A DNA stretch of 63,980 bases, the filler included, from Octopus bimaculoides (Eukaryota): NCBI RefSeq assembly GCF_001194135.2. It is 4 parts of 4 records of this genome, joined end to end, with 100 filler letters (N's around TTAATTAATTAA, not from the genome) between each part and the next. Parts side by side here need not be neighbours in the genome. Positions count along the whole stretch, not along the records: positions 1 to 27,812 come from NC_068991.1; 3 more parts are not named here. One strand, written 5' to 3'. Made by a program: the position numbers and the translations under genes. The notes beneath the pieces were generated by a model. It was not told the origin of the DNA. It saw only the letters and a program-made list of their open reading frames with translations, and did no database searches. How positions within the stretch are numbered: the first letter of the stretch is position 1; every line of letters begins with the position of its first letter. Shown here piece by piece: positions 1 through 11,585 of this stretch.

Positions 1-1528
1 GAGAGAGAGAGAGAGAGAAAGTGATACATACAAAGTCATAGATTTTACTTTGTTTAAGGCCTTTTCACTCTTCTTCTTCCTCTCTCCCATTTAATAGTTT
101 TCTTCTATCCCTCTACCTCTAACATATTTTTCATAACATAGAAACGTAAAAACACACACAATCACACATACGTGATCTGTGACAACAACATACACATAAA
201 CACATACACACATCAACACTATAGATATAAGATTTAGTTTGTGTGTGTTACTTATATAAACACGCGCACGCATTGTTATTTTATAACTGTCTTCCGTTCT
301 CCCTTCCACTCTTCCTCTCTCTTCATTGCTCCCGTTCTCTATTCCTTTCTCCCCCTCTCTTTCTGTCTCTTCCGCTGAAACAAAAGAAAAATAGTGTAAT
401 AGATGGACTGACGATGTATATATTCCGAGTCTTCTCCCCCACCCCACCTTTCGTAAGAGCGCATTTTTTTTTTCATATTCGTTCAGAGCAAGTCGTTTTA
501 CATCTATTACATTATTTTTCTTTTGTTTCTTGGCTCCAGTGAGGCATCTCGGAACATTCACATCGTGAATGTTCTGAGTCCTCTCCCTGCCCGTTCACGA
601 GCGCGCATTTTTTTCTTGATATTCGTTCCCAGCAAGTTGTTTTACACCTATTAGACTAATTTTTTTTTTAATTTTTGTCACCGGGTCAAACGCTTTAGTT
701 TGACAGACAGGACAACACATTGCAAAATCAGTGAACCTCATTAGAGGTGTGGGTAATTTTTCAGATTAACACCCACACGATTTTCACTACGGTGTTAGGG
801 TTAGGGTTTTAGGGTTACGGTTAGGGTTTAGGGTTAGGGTTAGTGTTACAGTTACAGTTTTAGGGTTAGGGTGTTAGGGTTTTAGGGTTAGGGTTTAGGG
901 TTGGGGCTAGGGTTAGGTAATCGTGCGGGTGTTAATCTGAAAAATTACCAAAATGTGAAAACTACCGACCCTGCCATCTTTTATAACTTTTGTTGCTCTG
1001 TTTAATGTGTACATAGATTATGCCTCCAAAGAAGACAGCTTGCTGGGGAAAGAAAGCAACCGGTTTAAAAAGACAGCAACAGACTGCAGCAATTCACCAC
1101 ATTCCAGAAGCTACTTTGAACATAATGCAAAATTGGTGCATCAACATCTACTGCCTAATCTGATAGAATTCTGGCAGAACTATGTAGCAATAGATCACCA
1201 GCAATTGCTTCATCAGAAATTGCCGTCCTACCTCCTGCTAAAAGGGATTACCCTGCTATGTATAATCAGGGCAGCGCAAAAAGTTGTTTTGCACAAGCAT
1301 TTCTATAGCCAATTAGACGGATGAAATTTACGCACGCTTAATAATGTCATGCAAAACAGCCTTCAGACTTTCCCTATTAATTTCATCGTCTTTTGAATTA
1401 TGAACATATTTACATCATAAGGGTTTTTTCGTTGTAAGGCTTTCTTTTTTAGTTGATTTTCACCTAGCAAGACTTATCGTAAATGGTGTAATAAGTCACA
1501 CCCGGACAATGTTGAGTTACACTGCTAG
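1..1528 (+). mobile_element. Non-autonomous Helitron-like element, copy 1 (5' part outside window), carrying a TTAGGG cassette
   Basis: Ends with a degenerate subterminal hairpin cccggacaatgttgag, then ttacactgCTAG|T (CTAG at 1525-1528). Positions 1-400 and 795-1230 are reverse-complement similar to 13360-13660 and 12499-12985. Confidence 0.65.
795..918 (+). repeat. Interstitial degenerate telomere-type (TTAGGG)n array
   Basis: Runs of ttaggg with tttaggg, ttacgg and ttagtg variants, framed by 31-bp inverted repeats at 752-782 and 919-949. Confidence 0.9.
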
Positions 1529-1599
1529 TAATTAAATACATGTGTAAACAATAAAAATAAACCTCAGCGAAGCTTAAGCTTAAATTTGTAGAACAGTTG

Positions 1600-3680
1600 A
1601 AGGCTTTCTGAAAAGTGAAGTTGAAATATGCACTAGCATTGCAAAATAACTATAATGTGTCAAGTCAAATTCAAATGCGACAGTCAAAATTTTCCATTGG
1701 ATGACATTTTAAACTTCACGGTGTACCTCCAGTTCAAAGCATCTTTATCCTGGAACAGGATGAAGAACTTTTCTGAGAGGCAAAGATTACATTTCATAGG
1801 TCTTTAATAAGGACCATGTCTGTATGATGATGCTTTTTCTAGAATTTCTCGGGTTACATTGAAAGAAAGGGCTTCATTCTCTTTCAATTCCCAGACATGC
1901 TTTGCAAGACTTGTCTCTGTCCTATGCTCGGGGTATCAGAAAGATTTTCAGTGGGAATAGAATCGAGTCTTGAATAAATTTTCCAAAGCCCATGTATGTT
2001 TTATATTCTTGTGAGCCATCTATTTGCACTTTGGCTCTATAAACAATTCCTTTTTCAAGACATCTGCCTGCCAACGGACAGCAGGTCTTATCTGCAGTTG
2101 CAGTTCCTCATTAAATTCAGCACTGTAGTTGCTTGTAATAATTTTTGTGTCATGCTAGCAAATAAAAGAGGCAAAGTTTTTGCAACCTTCAGTGTTCTTC
2201 TATTAAATATTCTATAGAGCTTATGGTTAGATTGAAAATGCTTAGAAACTAATTTTAAGAATTCTCTACCTATATTAGTTTTTATGGCCATATTAAATGC
2301 GGGGTTAAACCACAAAACTTGCCTAGTTCTAGTTCTACGTGGTCTATTATTGTTAGAATTAAGTTGACTATACTGGATCTTCTCCAAGAATTCACTTTTC
2401 CTTATAATGCATTATTGTAATACAGCACAGCATTTTGAAATGCTGTCTCATATCAAGAAATTGATGATATTCGCCTTCCTACATTACTAACTAGGTTAAG
2501 AAATATGGGAGGATGATTAGATTCTTTGCTAATATAACATAGCTTTTCATTGGGCTTATGATAGGGTTTAAATTTATCTAAAAAATCTACATTATTAAAG
2601 TTACTTTCTATCATATTCCATAAGCCCATTCTTTGGAAGAAAGTAATCAGATTCTTCCTAAGTTTATCTAACTCATGGCCATTTAAATTATGGGTGACTA
2701 TAAGACCATTATCCCTGTATAATCTTGCATCTGTAAAATATAAGTTCTTATAAGCATACATAACTCCACCCCATCATATGCCCCCATCAGTACCTCGAAA
2801 AGAGAATCCGCACTCTTTTTGACCCAGGTGGAATCCTCATAAGAAAGAAGGGATTTCCTTGCATGCAGGATAATATCTATTTCCGAGCTATTGATGGTGA
2901 TATACAGCTTGGCAAAGTCTAATGCTTTTAGAAACAAAGGCTTAAATATTGACGGGTAAAAATCGACAACATTAAACTGCGTAAATTTGCAGTTATGCTT
3001 ATGGCTAATCTCTTTGAACCAATCTATCACTGACTTGCTATTTTTCTAAATCCATAAATTTAATTCAACTTGCTTAAAATACGATCTAAGATATATTTGC
3101 TAATAATGCCTATTTCAGTTTTAGTTGGGTTCATTAGTCTACATTTAGGGTTTCTATTGAAATTAGCTTTGTGGTCTATTAGGGTAATAAAGGGTTGACA
3201 TGGGGGATGTATTCTATCCTATCACTAACTTTAAGGTTGTTAGCAATTCTTCTTGCCTCCAAATTCACTTCTTTATGTAAATTTGTGTTATCTTTTTTGT
3301 AGGTGTCTGTAATGCTGTTCAAAAGTAGACATTTATAAACATCTTTGTCAACAGCGTATAAGTTTTTTGTCTTGTTAGAGTTTACGAAGATCTTATCCGA
3401 GTTCTTTATGTCGCCAATTTTTTCCTTCATATCTCTCTGGAGTTGGTTGTTGAATTCGTGGAATTTAATTTTTCTAATAAGCCCGAAAAGGTCTTTTTCA
3501 AAGGCTTCCAATTCCGAAATAGGTGGTGGATTATTGGAAGATTTAAGTCTGTATTTGTTTCCATCTCATTCTTCGAATAAACTCCTCTGTTTTTTCGATA
3601 AGATTCTTGAGGTATTGCTTCTGTGTCGGAATGGGTATATTTTTTAGAGAAAAATCCCATGGGTAGGTAAAGTTCCATTT
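1600..3680 (-). pseudogene. Decayed Penelope-like retroelement: reverse transcriptase plus C-terminal GIY-YIG endonuclease
   Basis: Minus-strand motifs in order: NKTKNLY..YKCLLLNSITDTYKK; FTQFNVVDFYPSI..HARKSLL..WVKK..LFEVLMGAYDG; LYRDNGL; RQVLWFNPAF..KTNIGREFL..HF; CNCR..CPLAGRCLEKGIVYRAKV..TYMG; SLAKHVWELK; CNLCLSEKF. Many frameshifts and stops. Confidence 0.9.
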
Positions 3681-3781
3681 CTTTCAGCTGTTTCTTCTCC
3701 CTACTTTTGGAGAGTCACTCAAACTTTCTCAAAAGGGAGCGGGTTACACCAGAGTAAGCACATAAATGTGAAGCAAGGTGG

Positions 3782-3870
3782 AATTAATAAATTAAAAGAT
3801 ATATCCATTTAAAAAGAATTTCACGCTAGATTACATATACATTTTGCAGTATATACACATACCAAATCAT

Positions 3871-3907
<37 letters not shown>

Positions 3908-5061
3908 CAAGGTTTTTAACTTTTAAATTCGTATATTTAAACGAAATAGAAACTTCAAACTCGATATATCCAACATCCTCTGGAAAATTATATATATATA
4001 TATATATACACTAAACATACAGATGTAGGTACATGGCTACATACATATACAGACATATATAACATATATAGGCAAGACATAAATATGTATACAAATGCAT
4101 ATATATGTATGCATGTGCACACACACATACACACGCACACAAAATCTCCTGACTTATGCTTATACAAGTTAGCTGTTACAGGCAAAAGAAAGAGAAGGAA
4201 AAAATCAGGAAATAGTAAGTGGAGGAGGAGAGGAAGAAAACAATGGAAAAGAAGAAAAAGAAATGTAAGAAAGAGAAACAGAAAATTAGAGAGAGAAAGG
4301 GAAAAAATAGATAGGGGTAGAGAGTGTTACATGATGGTGTTTGAAAAGTACCTAAAGATGATTAGATACTTCGTTTAGCTTGTGCAACGAACACATATAA
4401 AAATGCACACATACAATGATATACACATATAGATAAAATACTGTATGGGTAAAATGTTTTGATTTTTCGGAAAATTTTGACTAACACATTTGTATTTGAC
4501 TTGACACGTTATAGTTATTTTGCATTGCTGTGTTAGTGCATATTTTGACTTCATTTTAAAAAAGTTTGTATTTATGTAGATTTACATGTAATTTTATGGA
4601 TGCATTTTTATATGTGTTCGTTGTGCAAGCTAAATGAAGTATCTAATCATCGTGAGATACTTTTCAAACACCATCATGTACCACTCTCTACCCCTATCTA
4701 TTTTTTCCATTTCTCTCTCTAATTTTGTGTGTCTCTTTCTTTTATTTCTTTTTCCTCTTTTCCACTGTTTTCTTCCTCTCCCCCTCCATTTACTATTTTC
4801 TGATTTGTTCCTTCTCTTTCTTTCACCTGTAACTAACTTGTATAAGCATAAGCCAGGACATTTTGTGCACAAGCGTGTGTGTGCATGCATACATATATAT
4901 GCATTTGTATATATGTTTATGTCTTACCTATATATATGTCTGTATATGTATGTAGCTATATACCTGCATCTGTATGTTTAGTATGTGTATATACTGCTAA
5001 ATGTATATGTAATCTAGCATGAAATTTTTTTTTAATGGATATATCTTTTAATTTATTAATT
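3782..5061. repeat. Large inverted repeat at the 5' end of the PLE (arms about 3782-4407 and 4601-5061)
   Basis: ORFs 4085-4378(+) and 4630-4890(-) are near-identical translations. The outer arms match at aattaataaattaaaagatatat. The loop (4445-4560) copies the PLE 3' end at about 1600-1710. Confidence 0.9.
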
Positions 5062-5365
5062 GATTAATATTTTACAGCTAATTATTTACCCTTGGTATTC
5101 AGGCCTTGTCCTTCTTTATTAGCTATTTTTGATAAAAGGTTTTCTTCGATTTTTATATGATTTTATACTGCGATTTGTTATTGTACACAACCAGTTATTG
5201 GAAAGACTGTTAGATGGAAGGGCCAATGAAACAAGACCATTTTCAAATGTGTATCTATCAAACTAATTGTATATTTTTGCTTATAGCCTTATTTTTGTTC
5301 CATTCTAAACAAAACTGTCCAATGAACAGGAAACTCTGAGTGACAGTTTTTGTGATATTTTTGCT

Positions 5366-5402
<37 letters not shown>

Positions 5403-5414
5403 CACAGTAATATA

Positions 5415-5632
5415 GGAGCACTCTGTCAGTTACAATAACGAGGGTCCCAGCTGATACAATCAACGGAACAGCTTGCTCGTGAAATTAATGTGCAAGTGGC
5501 TGAGCACACCATGAACACATGTACCCTTAATGTAGTTCTTAGGGAGGTTCAGCATGACACAGAGTGTGACAAGGTTGGCCCTTTGAAATACAGGTACTAC
5601 TTATTTTTGCCAGCTGAGCGGACTGGAGCAGT
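5415..5632 (+). mobile_element. Octopus-type SINE fragment
   Basis: Body ggagcactctgtcagttac...gaaattaatgtgcaagtggctgagcac...gccagctgagcggactggagca, recognised as a repeat family. CpG-decayed. Confidence 0.6.
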
Positions 5633-5649
5633 ATGATAAAGGAGTAAAT

Positions 5650-6660
5650 AGAAGAATAAAGAGTAAAGGTAGTTAGAATATAGGCAGCAGAATAATGATC
5701 ACAACTCATCTTTTTCCTGAGGATATGGATGTTGATCAGTACTTCCATGAAGGTACAGGTCCTTAGTTAAAATCCTAAGTAAATCTAGGTGGTATTTTGA
5801 ATGATGTATTCATCTTGTAAATGTGTATATAGAGTGAGAAAGTAAGGTGATTTTTGTGAGTAAATGGGTTTCATGAGTGGGTGTATATAGGTTTTAATTT
5901 TAAGTTTCAACTTTAATTTTTAATCCTTTATCTTGTATCATTTAATTACTATTAAGCTTGAAATATAATTTTAAATATCCATACTAACCACAGTCCTTTG
6001 CAACCTTACTTAGATTGGCCTTCCACTCCCACTTTACTATCTCTATCATTACCTTAACTTTTTATTTTATTTTTATTTTAACCCATATCTTAGTTTTATT
6101 TTTATTCTTTTCTCCTCTCTGTCTCTCTAACAAAACCTATTTATGATATCTCAATCATCTCTACTTTTATTTTTATCCTTTTACCCCAATCTTATTTTCA
6201 TTCCTCCTCTCTCTCCTATATACACCCACTCACAAAAACCATCTTACTTTCTCGCTTTATATACACATAATTCTGTGAAAATACCACCTGGATTTACCTA
6301 GGATTTTAACTAAGGACGTGTATTTTCATGGAAGTACCAACCAACATCCATATCCTCTGGAAAAAGATGAGTTGTAATCATTATTCTCCTGCCTCTATTC
6401 TTCTAACTACTTTTACTCTTTAGTCTTCTATTTTATTCCTTATAAACTGAGAATTTCATTCTTTGTGAACTGTAAATTTTCCCTGTCTAAAATATTCATA
6501 CCTTGTCTCTGATGATGGAATGTCCAGTGCGTGGAATATACTAACCTACTGCTTGTAGGTTAGTATACAACCCAGAAACGGATGTAAAACTTCAGTTTCA
6601 CCTTACCCTATTTAAATTATTCTCAATGACTTGAGATACTCATTCTGCCTTTGATTTTTC
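5650..6660 (+). mobile_element. PLE pseudo-LTR-type repeat with an inverted truncated copy and a degenerate hammerhead
   Basis: 5650-5890 is the reverse complement of about 6215-6440. Hammerhead core CTGATGA at 6509 and GAAA at 6575. Confidence 0.6.
6505..6590 (+). ncRNA. Degenerate type I hammerhead motif with an enlarged stem II
   Basis: gtct-CTGATGA-tgg...cca-GAAA-cggatg-TA-aaac. Stem I has one mismatch. A perfect 13-bp hairpin (6537-6567) lies inside the stem II loop. Confidence 0.45.
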
Positions 6661-6917
6661 CTCTAATATAATATATACTTGCTACTACAGAACCCTAATA
6701 CAGATCCCTAGATCCAGCCTTAGCTGTGATCTTGGAACCTAATGGTCGACCAACTATAGCACCTACACAGCATACCTATCGGTTTAGATCACAAGTGAAT
6801 TAAGCCCCTTATATTCTTTATAGTGAAAATATGCAGAAAACATATATAAAAAGGGGAAGAGAAGTGCCTTCATTTCACATAGTTTTAATATCATTTTATT
6901 AAAAAAATATATATACT

Positions 6918-7218
6918 TTCGAGCGAGATCGTTGCCAGTGCCCCTGGACTGGCTCTTGTGTGGGTGGCACATAAAATACACCATTTGAGCGTGGCCATTG
7001 CCAGTACCGCCTGACTGGCCTTCGTGCCGGTGGCACATAAAAGCACCCACTACACTCTCAGAGTGGTTGGCGTTAGGAAGGGCATCCAGCTGTAGAAACT
7101 CTGCCAAATCAGATTGGAGCCTGGTGTAGCCCTCTGGTTTCACCAGTCCTCAGTCAAATCGTCCAACCCATGCTAGCATGGAAAGCGGACGTTAAACGAT
7201 GATGAAGATGATGATGAT
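6918..7218 (+). mobile_element. RTE-tailed SINE / non-autonomous retroposon
   Basis: Ends catgctagcatggaaagcggacgttaaacgatgatga with a (gat)n tail. The same family occurs at 19622, 27235, 33645 and 36272. Confidence 0.75.
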
Positions 7219-7239
7219 ATTTTAGGGATGGTAAAAGTC

Positions 7240-8420
7240 TCATAAAATGTAGTGATATCCAACCGGTTTTCGCTATTTAAATTAGCTTTTCAAGGGACAT
7301 TGTGAAGTGATCATTCCTTGAGACAAAGGAATCACACCATTTTGGATTTCTTCAAAAGAATAAATGGAGAAAGTGGATAAAGGGAGGCAATAGGGACAAC
7401 TACCTCCACAACATTATTGAATAGTAGTAAATAAATTTGATTTTGAAATAGGAATGTGTAGGGATCAGGTGGTCAAGTTTGTATATTAAGGTGTGGTTTG
7501 TACTTTTGTATGAACAGATTTTCCTTGTTTAGGCGTTCTTGTAAGGAGATTGAATTTTTGAATTGGTATAATGGAAAAATATGGAAATTCGGTGTTTTAT
7601 TTCTTTCACATTTGTCAATATGCTCACTCAGAGTTATCTGCTTGTATTGAGGAAAATGAATATGTTCGTTATGCAGTGTAACTCTGTGTCTCAAAGTAAA
7701 GCTTGTTTGGCCCACATAATTGTGGTCACAACCTAAGCAGGTTAAGACATAAATTATGTTCTGGGAGGCACATGTGAAGTTGGTCTTAATTGCAAAGTTT
7801 TCTCCTTGCTGGAAAGTGAATTCCAAACCTTCAGTTAGGTATTAGCAAGTACCACAATTAGGTCGTCTGCATTTTTTAACTGTTTGTATCGTACATGTTG
7901 AGTACAGTTTTGCATTTGTTAGGAGTTTCTTAAGTGATTTGTGTTGTCTTTTGCATTTGAAGAGTTTATGTGTATTCAGAATGTTGTTCATTTTCGGGTC
8001 TTGAGTGAGCAGAGGGAGATTTTGTACAATTGTGTTGCATGCTTCATTGGTTGTGGGTTGATATATATGGAAGTGATTTAAAGTGAGGTGTGGTGTTTTG
8101 TTTTGTTGACCTTATTGCGTTTGTGTCCAATTTTTTGGCACATTTAATTCCATGGTCTATAAGTGTAGGTAGGTATTGATGTTCAATGAGTGTTATTTTG
8201 AGGTCTTGTAGGTGGAGTTCCCGAGTAGTTGTATGAGATACAATTGTACAGATCCTTTTTGCAAGATTCTTAAACCTATGACTATTTTGTATGCATCCTT
8301 TCAAGAAACAGGTTAACCTTTGTTCTATAAGCTCATATAGTTAAAAATGATACCATTCTTAGCACATAACCAAATGCTTAGAATTACATATCTACTAGGG
8401 GCTAGAACTGAATTATGTAT
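7240..8420 (-). pseudogene. Penelope/Poseidon-type PLE fragment: RT thumb, cysteine linker and GIY-YIG endonuclease
   Basis: ORF 7473-7826 reads FTCASQNIIYVLTCLGCDHNYVGQTSFTLRHR..H..ENLFIQKYKPHLN. Linker KKCRRPNCGTC lies near 7850-7880. ORF 8044-8304 is RT-thumb-like. A hammerhead relic lies downstream at 7257-7298. Confidence 0.9.
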
Positions 8421-8600
8421 GTAGGTTTCTTCACATCTCCCATTTCTTTTTTATAATTTATTTGTATTGTTATTTTTAAAAAATTTCAACATCTTTATAT
8501 NNNNNNNNNNNNNNNNNNNNNNNNNNNNNNNNNNNNNNNNNNNNNNNNNNNNNNNNNNNNNNNNNNNNNNNNNNNNNNNNNNNNNNNNNNNNNNNNNNNN

Positions 8601-9350
8601 AGGACACACCATTCATATCAACAAATTTGTCAATTGTTCGGTGATGGTTCAGAACAGCACACTTCCATGAAATTGTTTTCGGCTAGGGCAAGCGGTGGTT
8701 GAAACAGTTGTCATGCTTTTAACAGCTTACAACAACAGTGCCAGATGAGCAAAGCAAGTTTACGAGTGATTTTCACAGTTTAGGAACAGTCACTTGTTGC
8801 TTGATGAGCAACTTCCTTCAGGGTGTCCAGTGACCTCCCAAACAAATGAAAACATCATGAAAATTCATGAACTGATCATAGAGAACCATCACCGAACAAT
8901 TGACAAATTTGTTGATATGAATGGTGTGTCCTGGAGTTCATGCCAACGAATTTTGAGTGAGGAATTTCGAATGAAAAGAGTTGCAGCAAAGTTTGTGCCT
9001 CACTTGTTCACAGGAGGTCAAAAGCAGTCACAACTGAATGCATGTTGTGAACTGAAAGAATAGTTAGAAATTGATCTGGACTTTTTTATATTTTGAAGGT
9101 TATCACTGGTGATGAAAGCAGTGCTATGGAATTTGCAGATGTGGAAGAGGTGAAAAAAAAAAGAGAGGGAGGCATCAAAAGGCATCACTCTGCAAGAGTT
9201 CGAGCTCTGCTTTGAACAGTGGAAAATGTGTGTGGACTGATGCATTGCATCAAATGAAGAATACTTTGAAGGTGATAAAAGTGTAAACATGTTGAACTAG
9301 GTGAAAAAAATAATATTGCAAAATTCCTGTTTCTTTTCAGTATCCCTTTC
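8601..9350 (+). mobile_element. Internally deleted mariner transposon relic
   Basis: DEQLPSGCPVTS..HRTIDK..VSWSSCQRIL..MKRVAAKFVPHL and VITGDES are followed directly by the C-terminal FEQWK..CIASNEEYFEGD. TIR-like end ttttcagtatccctttcgt. Confidence 0.85.
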
Positions 9351-9951
9351 GTGTGTATGTGTGTGTGCATATATATNNNNNNNNNNNNNNNNNNNNNNNN
9401 NNNNNNNNNNNNNNNNNNNNNNNNNNNNNNNNNNNNNNNNNNNNNNNNNNNNNNNNNNNNNNNNNNNNNNNNNNNNNNNNNNNNNNNNNNNNNNNNNNNN
9501 NNNNNNNNNNNNNNNNNNNNNNNNNNNNNNNNNNNNNNNNNNNNNNNNNNNNNNNNNNNNNNNNNNNNNNNNNNNNNNNNNNNNNNNNNNNNNNNNNNNN
9601 NNNNNNNNNNNNNNNNNNNNNNNNNNNNNNNNNNNNNNNNNNNNNNNNNNNNNNNNNNNNNNNNNNNNNNNNNNNNNATAAGGAAATGGAAAAATGTAAG
9701 TGTAGACAGACTTTAATTCGATTCAAACCCAAGTTGGTACAAAACTAATTTACATTCTACAAATTGTTTTGGAGTCTAATTAATGCCAAAGACAAAGACG
9801 AAAAACGCTTCATGAAATGCAAATTAGATTCCCCATCAGGAATTACATACTGGTATGAATGATTACGACCAACAAAAATATACAAAGACCTTTCGTAGCC
9901 CAGACATGAACAAATAAATGAAAGATAACAAGAACGCCAAATATTCAAAAC

Positions 9952-9989
<38 letters not shown>

Positions 9990-10539
9990 TATATACATAT
10001 ACACACACACATATATATATTATATAAATGTCATTATTTAAACTTAATAATATGGTAAAATCAAACAAAATTAAAAATAAAAGTAAAAAACAAATCTTTA
10101 GTTTACAAAATAGCCTTCTACAAGTAAAACAGTACAACGGCTAAAGAGAGAGAGAGTAGTATCAGTGGAGGGAGAGGAGAGAAAAAAGTAATTCAGTGAA
10201 AGAGAGGCGGAGAGAGTAATAGCCATGACTAAGTGAATGAGAGAAAGTAATGACCATTTGAGAAAGAAGAATGCGGAGTGTATCTTCTGTTCTTAACATA
10301 TGAATGAGAAAGGAAGGGGTAAATAAAGTAAAAGACAGCCATTCAGCTCTGTGTGAGTATATGAAAAAGGGAGGTATGTGAATGTTTGTGTGTGTGGGAA
10401 TGTGTGTTTGGGCATAATGGAAACGTTTCCATGCATGCGTAATGGAAACATACAACTCTGAAGATAAAAACTGAGATCATTCCAATTTTGTTTGAGTATG
10501 TGTATGTATGTGATTGGGGAATATTTGAATGCTTGTATC

Positions 10540-11546
10540 TGTGATTGTTCTGTACTTCATTTTGTGTCTTGTTAAGTAACAATTAGCCAACAAAGAGAGC
10601 AGAACCTATCAATTCTATAAGCTAGGGCCATCCCTAAAATGCTCCATTCAATAAAGTACGTTTTATTATTCTCTTTAAGATTCCAGATGAAATTACTAAG
10701 ACTAGTAGAAGTCCTGTTTCTGTTCCTAAAAGAACAGTAATGATTCGAAACCCTTTTCTTAATATAATTAGCAGAAGAACCAATATAAAAGTAATCATTA
10801 CCCTCAGAAATAACTTTAGCTTGATAGACAACTTCCCTATGCTTACAAAAACTACCATATAAACAATTTTCTTTGTTTCTACAATCACAAAGGGAATTCT
10901 CGCCCCTATTTGCACCTTCATCAATAGAATTATCATAAAGTGAAAGGCTATTATTGAAACTTATATTAGAAATAGAATTCAAACCATCCTTGCTAAACTG
11001 GCTATTAGGAACATCATTAACAATGGTACTCATAGAATCAGTTTCACTAGTATTAACTTAGTTATTTTGAAGATAAAAACTGAATAATTTCTTTCTATTT
11101 ATAGAAGAAATAATCTGAAATAGATTCCTAGAGACCAAAAAAGCAACTTTAATGGATCTCAGATTCAAAATCTCATAATATTGACTTTTTTTTTGTTTTT
11201 TGAAGTGCTTTAAAAACTATTTATACACCGCCCCAACTAAGTTACTTTTTAATTGACTGGCATAGGAAATAACAAACCAAATAATGTTACTCTTGTCCAA
11301 AACTAAATTAGAATGACCTAAATTATTCACCTGATAGACCAAATTAGAATTATAACCTTTTATCACATAATTATATTTATATTTGTGAACATTAATATCT
11401 GGAATTAAAGGGTTACTTTCACAGTAGTTATGCCCACTTCCTGATTCATATTTACCTTTCTGTTTAGATTTGGGACATTTAAAATCGAATCCATAACTAT
11501 GACGAGTAAGTTTCGATTTATCAGTAGAATCATTGTTAGGAGTATA

Positions 11547-11560
<14 letters not shown>
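10540..11560 (-). pseudogene. PLE 3' fragment (linker plus GIY-YIG endonuclease)
   Basis: ORF 10572-11033 reads CDCRNKENCLYGSFCKHREVVYQAKV..YFYIGSS..KRVSNH..STSLSNFIWNLKE..WSI..CSLC. Upstream SNIIWF..KSNL motif near 11240-11300. Confidence 0.85.

Positions 11561-11585
<25 letters not shown>

Noticed and set aside
4620-4680. ctaaatga-agtatct..agatact hairpin as a hammerhead
   Set aside because: The stem is present but both CUGANGA and GAAA are absent in both arms.
4085-4890. Paired Lys/Arg-rich ORFs resembling a basic protein
   Set aside because: They are the two arms of an inverted repeat in purine-rich low-complexity DNA.
9800-9845. Minus-strand cctgatgggga..atgaagcg as a hammerhead
   Set aside because: The core is mutated at several positions and there is no stem I.
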